Origin: Fidelibacterota bacterium
GTDB taxonomy: Bacteria > Fidelibacterota > UBA2242
NCBI GenBank assembly: GCA_016782645.1
Contig: JADHYC010000003.1
Span: forward strand, 2,819-66,818
Direction of reading: 5' to 3'
Length of the DNA stretch: 64,000 bases
Part shown: positions 58,983 to 64,000 of the stretch, piece by piece
Numbering within the stretch: the first letter of the stretch is position 1
Layout: each line of letters starts with the position of its first letter
The notes under the pieces: generated by a model
Told to the model about the DNA's origin: nothing
The model's database searches: none
Seen by the model: the letters and a program-made list of their open reading frames with translations, nothing else
Position numbers and translations under genes: made by a program

Positions 58983-60059
58983 TCATATTTTCTCATCAAT
59001 AAGTTTATAACTTCTACTTCCTAATCCTATTTTTTCGCCATATATCAATTGTGTGTTAGCGTCAATATTTGGGTATGAAAGTTCGGATATATTTTTATTA
59101 TTTATTATTGTTAGATCCAAAACTGCCTGGTCTATAGCAACAGGATCTTTTCCTGCCAATACACCGATATCATCAATTATTGGTTTTGATTTTACTCCAA
59201 AACAGTCACAATCCTGTGTCATTTTGATTAAAAATGTAAAGTACCCGATTTTACCTTTTTTCTGTTTGATAATTCCAAGTGCATGCTCCGCAATCTGTTT
59301 TTGGAGTTCTGTTGATGAATTGTCCCATTTAAATTTCACTGCACTAAAACGGCAAACGGCTATGCATTCGCCGCAACCTATGCATATAGTTTCATCTATA
59401 GTAGCAAAATTATCACCAACATTTATTGCGTTTTCGGGGCACCATTCGGCACAAATACCACAGGCAGTACATTTATTTTGGTTAATCATAGGTTTGGAGA
59501 CCGAATGTTGCGTTAATTTTCCTTTTCTGCTTGCCATTCCCATACCCATATTTTTAATTGTTGCAGCAAGTCCTATGTTTATATGACCTGTTACATGACT
59601 GATTACGATTAAAGAATTTGCGGTTACTAAATCTACAGCAAGACTTACAGATTTATTTATCGGAGCGTCAATTCTTATTTCAATTTCATTTCTGCCGGCA
59701 ATTCCATCGGAAATAATTATAGGTGCACCAATAGTTTTAAGAGAAAACCCATGTTCATGTGCAAGAGTGATATGATCGACGGCGTTATCGCGAGCACTTT
59801 TGTAAAGTACATTAGTGTCCGTAACAAATGGTTTGGCGCCAAAACTTTTTACTATTCTTACGATAGGTTCTATGTATGCTGGCGGTAAAAATGTATTATT
59901 TCCTTTTTCACCAAAGTGAACTTTCAGAGCTGTAAGGTCATTTTTACCTATTATTTTGTCGAAACCTGCTTTATGAAAAAGCTTCTTTAGACGGCTTTTA
60001 ACTTTATTATCAGGATCGGTTGTTTTAAATCTTATTAAATGTACATTGCATGTTTGCAT
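58983..60059 (-). CDS. DUF362 domain protein with two 4Fe-4S ferredoxin motifs
   Basis: CTACGICAEWCPENAI and CIGCGECIAVCRFSAV; N-terminal DUF362-like region. Confidence 0.7.
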   Translation of the reverse strand: MQTCNVHLIRFKTTDPDNKVKSRLKKLFHKAGFDKIIGKNDLTALKVHFGEKGNNTFLPPAYIEPIVRIVKSFGAKPFVTDTNVLYKSARDNAVDHITLAHEHGFSLKTIGAPIIISDGIAGRNEIEIRIDAPINKSVSLAVDLVTANSLIVISHVTGHINIGLAATIKNMGMGMASRKGKLTQHSVSKPMINQNKCTACGICAEWCPENAINVGDNFATIDETICIGCGECIAVCRFSAVKFKWDNSSTELQKQIAEHALGIIKQKKGKIGYFTFLIKMTQDCDCFGVKSKPIIDDIGVLAGKDPVAIDQAVLDLTIINNKNISELSYPNIDANTQLIYGEKIGLGSRSYKLIDEKI

Positions 60060-60357
60060 ATTTCACCTTTCGTTTTTGACAATGTGCGAATTTAATATAA
60101 AAAGTTATTGATTACATAAAATAACAAAAATTTATTGCATGTGATGCTAGTAATGGAGGTTTTAAAACAGTCTTTTTAATAAGTCCCTGAAATCGGAACT
60201 CCCTCAGAAAATCAAAGGGAAATATAATAACTTTAAGGAAAGTCTAAGACTAAAATCCTTTTGCTTTCGCTACTTTGAATGTATATTTTCTTGTGTAAAT
60301 AGTGAAATTTGCTTTTAATTGGAAATATAAGGGATAAAAATAGCTAAGGCAAAAACT

Positions 60358-61053
60358 ATGAACGGTAAACGCTACATACTTATTACTTTTTTAACAATTT
60401 ACTTTTTTCTTTTATTGAATTCATCACTCGCAGGTAAACGATTTAATATTGACGATCCATACGCTAAATATGGCGGACTAACACTAATTCAGACTGATCG
60501 TGGTTCTGGTCTGGGGGGGTTTTTTGAATGGTCAATAAATACTTCAAATAGGATTGGTATTAATGCTAGTTTATTAATGGTAAAAGGGAAATATGATTAT
60601 CCTATTGTTGTATATGATTATTCATATCGTCCTTACGTTATTGAGAAATCGGATAAAAAGCGTTTAAGTTTACTACCGGTATATGCCAATTATAAGAGAA
60701 TATTATTTACTGACGCAATTGCAAATAATTTCCGACCGTTTCTAAACATATCCCTCGGTCCAGTTATTGCCTTTGATCCACCAAACATTCCGGATTTTCT
60801 AAAAAGGTGGAAAAAAATGACAACTGCTTATACCTTTGGAGGAAGAATAGGAGCGGGGGTAGATTTTTTGTATGGTCCGGGTACGATTATTACCCTTTAT
60901 TTTGGTTATGATTATATTCATTTTGCTAAGAAAATTGATATAACTAAGTATGAGGGTGAAATTCCCGAAGATTGGGTATTCCCAGAAGATTATAACGGGT
61001 TAAAAAATTACAGTGGTTTAATACTTAAAATTGGTTTTGGTAAGAAATATTAA
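60358..61053 (+). CDS. Hypothetical secreted protein
   Basis: Signal peptide; Y/G-rich; no known motif. Confidence 0.45.
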   Translation: MNGKRYILITFLTIYFFLLLNSSLAGKRFNIDDPYAKYGGLTLIQTDRGSGLGGFFEWSINTSNRIGINASLLMVKGKYDYPIVVYDYSYRPYVIEKSDKKRLSLLPVYANYKRILFTDAIANNFRPFLNISLGPVIAFDPPNIPDFLKRWKKMTTAYTFGGRIGAGVDFLYGPGTIITLYFGYDYIHFAKKIDITKYEGEIPEDWVFPEDYNGLKNYSGLILKIGFGKKY

Positions 61054-61781
61054 TGCACGATTTTCAGTTTTACATCCCCCCGGAAAAAGTGAGGAATAAA
61101 TTAGTAACTTTTGATGGTGAAGAATACAGACACTGCTGCCGTGTTTTGAGGAAAAATAGGGGGGATGTAGTAAAAGTTTTTGACGGATATGGTTTTCATT
61201 ATAATGTTCGTATTCTAAATATTTATGATAATTACGCTGAAGGTGAAATTATAAAATCCTACCCTAAAGAAAAGAGTGTTTTTCCTGAAGTAATTTTGGG
61301 TGTAGGGAAAATTAAAAATAGTGCATTAGATACAATTGTGAGTCAAGTGTCGAGCCTTGGAGTTGCTCATTTTTATCCTTTATTAACAAGACACTCTGTT
61401 AAGAGGGGATTCAAAAAAGGGCGCTTTGAAAGAATAGCGATTGAATCAGTCAAGCAGTGTGGGTCTGCTTATTTACCCAAGATTCATGACAAGGTTAGCT
61501 TTGATAATTGGTTAAATATTACTCAAGATGAAAAGTTGAAACTTATTGCAGAACAAGTCAGTTCGATGTCGTTACTTAAAGTAATGGATGAGATGAAAAA
61601 TATAGATAAAGTTACCGTAATGATTGGTCCTGAGGGTGGATTTAGTGACGATGAAATCAAGACTGCTAAAGGAAATGGTTTTATTCCTGTTAATATTTCT
61701 AAACGTCGGTTAAGGACAGAGCTGGCTGTAGTAGTTATGCTTGCGAATATATATTCGCTAGTTTCAATGGAGGATGTATAA
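61053..61781 (+). CDS. rsmE: 16S rRNA (uracil1498-N3)-methyltransferase
   Basis: RsmE family pattern (PUA-like N-terminus, C-terminal SPOUT). TAATG overlap with the upstream gene. Confidence 0.75.
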   Translation: MHDFQFYIPPEKVRNKLVTFDGEEYRHCCRVLRKNRGDVVKVFDGYGFHYNVRILNIYDNYAEGEIIKSYPKEKSVFPEVILGVGKIKNSALDTIVSQVSSLGVAHFYPLLTRHSVKRGFKKGRFERIAIESVKQCGSAYLPKIHDKVSFDNWLNITQDEKLKLIAEQVSSMSLLKVMDEMKNIDKVTVMIGPEGGFSDDEIKTAKGNGFIPVNISKRRLRTELAVVVMLANIYSLVSMEDV

Positions 61782-62130
61782 ATTGGAAAAAGATTGTATT
61801 TTTTGTAAAATTGCTTCTGGTGAAATAGGTACTGAATTTTTATATGAATCGGATGATATTGTTGCTTTTAGAGATTTGAACCCACAAGCACCGACTCACA
61901 TTTTATTAATTCCCAAAAAACACATTCCAAAGATCAGTGAGATTAAAAAAGAAGATGAAGCACTTATAGGAAAAATGATAGATGTGGCAAATTTATTAGC
62001 AGCTAAGGAAAATATCTTAGAAAATGGTTATCGTATGGTTTTTAATTGCGGCAAAGATGCTGGGCAGGAGGTATTTCACATTCATCTTCATTTACTTGGT
62101 GGTCGTAAGATGATATGGCCGCCGGGTTAA
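61774..62130 (+). CDS. HIT-family (histidine triad) protein
   Basis: CIFCKI...; HIHLHLLGG histidine triad. Confidence 0.85.
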   Translation: MYKLEKDCIFCKIASGEIGTEFLYESDDIVAFRDLNPQAPTHILLIPKKHIPKISEIKKEDEALIGKMIDVANLLAAKENILENGYRMVFNCGKDAGQEVFHIHLHLLGGRKMIWPPG

Positions 62131-62203
62131 ATGTGATTTGTGATTGCAGATAATCAATTAAAAATTAACAATTAATAATGAATAATGACCAATTATCAAT
62201 CGA

Positions 62204-62230
62204 CAATAGTCAATAGTCAATAGTCAATCG
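62204..62230. repeat. Heptamer tandem repeat (AATAGTC)x3, directly upstream of the smc start
   Basis: caatagtcaatagtcaatagtcaatcg. It is the reverse complement of the (TTGACTA)n unit at 38563-38577, so both sit in the same orientation relative to the downstream gene. Confidence 0.7.
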
Positions 62231-62233
62231 AAA

Positions 62234-64000
62234 ATGTATATTTCAACGCTCAGTCTCTATGGTTTTAAATCTTTTTTAAAGAAGTCTGAAATACACTTTG
62301 GGAGTGGAGTAACTACCGTTGTAGGACCGAATGGCTGCGGTAAAACTAATATTGTCGATGCTATCAGATGGGTAATCGGAGAACAAAAATCCAGCATTCT
62401 TCGGACTGATAGAATTACTGATGTAATATTTAATGGAACATCCTCACGCAGACAGTTAAACCTGGCGGAAGTATCTTTAACCATTCACAATGTAAGTGGG
62501 AGAATACCTATAGAGTATTCGGATATAATGATCACACGTAGAGTTTACCGTAATGGTGAAAGTGAATATTTTATAAATAAAAGTCTTTGCAGGCTCAAGG
62601 ATATTACTGACCTGTTTATTGACACAGGAATGGGTGCAAATGCTTACTCTATCATTGAGTTAAAAATGATAGAGAATATACTGAGTGAAACCTTTGAAGA
62701 GAGGAAAAGGCTTTTTGAAGAGGCTGCAGGAGTTAATAAATATAGAGTTCAAAGAAAAGCGGCTATCAGGAAGTTGGATGCAACTCGTGATGATCTTGTC
62801 AGGTTAACCGATATTATTACTGAAGTGGAATCAAAAGTTAAAAGCCTTAGGAGACAACTCAGGCGTTATGAGAAATATCAGGAAGTAACACAAAAACTTG
62901 TGGATACAGAAGTTGTTCTGGCATCGCGTAGAGTATTGAATATCCGAAAGAATTTAGAGCCAGTATCTTCTGAGATAAAAGAAAAAGAGTCTAAACTCCA
63001 GAAAATAATTAGTGAATTAAAAACCAAGGAAAATTACTGGCAATCCAAACAAAAGTTGTTTGAAGAAAAGGAAAAACTCTTCCAGGAGAAAAACATAGAA
63101 CTTGATAAACTAAAATTTGAAAGAAATAAATTTCAAACAGAGGATTTACTGCTAAAAGAACAGTACCGTAATGTTTCTCAGACTATTTCTAGATTAGAGA
63201 AAGAAATTAATTCGCTCGGTGAAAATACTTCCTATTCAAAAGATAAGGAAAATTCGCTGCAAAATGAACATGATAATATTAAATTAAAATTAGGTAAAAA
63301 GCGAACTGAGTTTCAGGAAATATTGAGCGAGCATCAAAAAATTGAATTATTATTTAAAGATATTAATAAAGAAATTCAATCTCTTTATGATGAACGTTAT
63401 TCACTTCTCAGGCAGCAGGCGGAATACACAGCAAGATATAGTAGCCTTAAGGAAAATATCATACAGCGAGAAAAGGAATTAGAGTTAATTAAAGGGCAGA
63501 TAGAAAAACAAACCTCAAACGAAGAATTAATCAGTCAAACAATAGCGGACACTAACGGCAAGGTTAAGATATTTAAAGATAACCTTGAAAAATATAAGGA
63601 GGCAGAAAAAAAGGAAAAAGAGAGGAACCTGAACCTGATTGGTAAAGAAAGAGATTTAACTGATAAAATGAGGGTTCTTGAATCGGAACAGGATAAACTT
63701 ACAGACAGGATACAGTTTTATAGTGGAATAATTCAATCCAAGGAAGGGTTTAGTCCTGGATTACAATATGTATTGGACAATTTGCATGATTTTCCTGGAA
63801 TTAAAGGAGCACTGTCTGACCTTATTTCTGTAGATTCGAGATATTATCTGTCTGTTGAAGCAGTGATCAAGGATATTTCCCGACTTTTAGTTGCTGACAA
63901 TAGATCATCTGCTATTAATGCTTTAGATAAGTTGGCTAATCTTGGCAAGGGTAAGGTATCTATAATTCCGCTCGACGTGAAACTACAGACAGGTAAGAGT
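62234..64000 (+). CDS. smc: Chromosome segregation protein SMC (N-terminal part; continues past window end)
   Basis: MYISTLSLYGFKSF...VVGPNGCGKTNIVDAIRWVIGEQ (Walker A), followed by a long coiled-coil. No stop before 64000. Confidence 0.9.
   Translation, partial: MYISTLSLYGFKSFLKKSEIHFGSGVTTVVGPNGCGKTNIVDAIRWVIGEQKSSILRTDRITDVIFNGTSSRRQLNLAEVSLTIHNVSGRIPIEYSDIMITRRVYRNGESEYFINKSLCRLKDITDLFIDTGMGANAYSIIELKMIENILSETFEERKRLFEEAAGVNKYRVQRKAAIRKLDATRDDLVRLTDIITEVESKVKSLRRQLRRYEKYQEVTQKLVDTEVVLASRRVLNIRKNLEPVSSEIKEKESKLQKIISELKTKENYWQSKQKLFEEKEKLFQEKNIELDKLKFERNKFQTEDLLLKEQYRNVSQTISRLEKEINSLGENTSYSKDKENSLQNEHDNIKLKLGKKRTEFQEILSEHQKIELLFKDINKEIQSLYDERYSLLRQQAEYTARYSSLKENIIQREKELELIKGQIEKQTSNEELISQTIADTNGKVKIFKDNLEKYKEAEKKEKERNLNLIGKERDLTDKMRVLESEQDKLTDRIQFYSGIIQSKEGFSPGLQYVLDNLHDFPGIKGALSDLISVDSRYYLSVEAVIKDISRLLVADNRSSAINALDKLANLGKGKVSIIPLDVKLQTGKS

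Noticed and set aside
1-64000. Transposases, integrases, tRNA or rRNA genes
   Set aside because: No ORF shows DDE/tyrosine-recombinase motifs and no tRNA T-arm/acceptor patterns or rRNA-like conserved blocks were seen. The only mobility hints are the repeat-flanked small cassettes reported in findings.

Overview
Low-GC (~33%) bacterial chromosomal segment. Shine-Dalgarno usage plus a T9SS-type C-terminal sorting domain suggest a non-Bacteroidia FCB-group lineage (an inference). About 55 genes are supported. The first ~6 kb is clearly GC-richer (45-58%) and carries a minus-strand Ser/Thr-signalling and partner-switching operon. That operon holds a eukaryote-type Ser/Thr kinase, a GAF-PP2C phosphatase, an unusual single-polypeptide fusion of an RsbW-like anti-sigma kinase to a STAS antagonist, and a PP2C phosphatase, followed by a Cys-rich Fe-S protein. 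From 6.1 to 10 kb lies a very AT-rich island of hypothetical genes: a DUF559 endonuclease, twin 'MDYI' mini-ORFs, and ~30-bp direct repeats flanking one ORF. The remainder is housekeeping and accessory genes: two two-component systems (one NtrC/sigma54-type), a split bacterial saccharopine pathway (LKR and SDH as separate genes), S9, M3 and C25 peptidases, a YhaM-like nuclease, and a GxxExxY gene flanked by inverted repeats. Also present are a TRAP transporter (dctPQM) with a TatT-like T-component, rhodanese/MauE, a decayed AbiEi/AbiEii toxin-antitoxin module, Hsp20, folBK, a deoxynucleoside kinase, a B12-binding radical SAM protein, rsmE, HIT and the start of smc. The C25 (gingipain-like) protease carries a dockerin-like module and a T9SS sorting tail. 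No rRNA, tRNA, CRISPR array or transposase was found. Several structured or repeat-rich noncoding regions are flagged as ncRNA or regulatory candidates: 16.8-17.7 kb, 25.0-25.65 kb, and a heptamer-repeat motif shared by the dctM and smc upstream regions.
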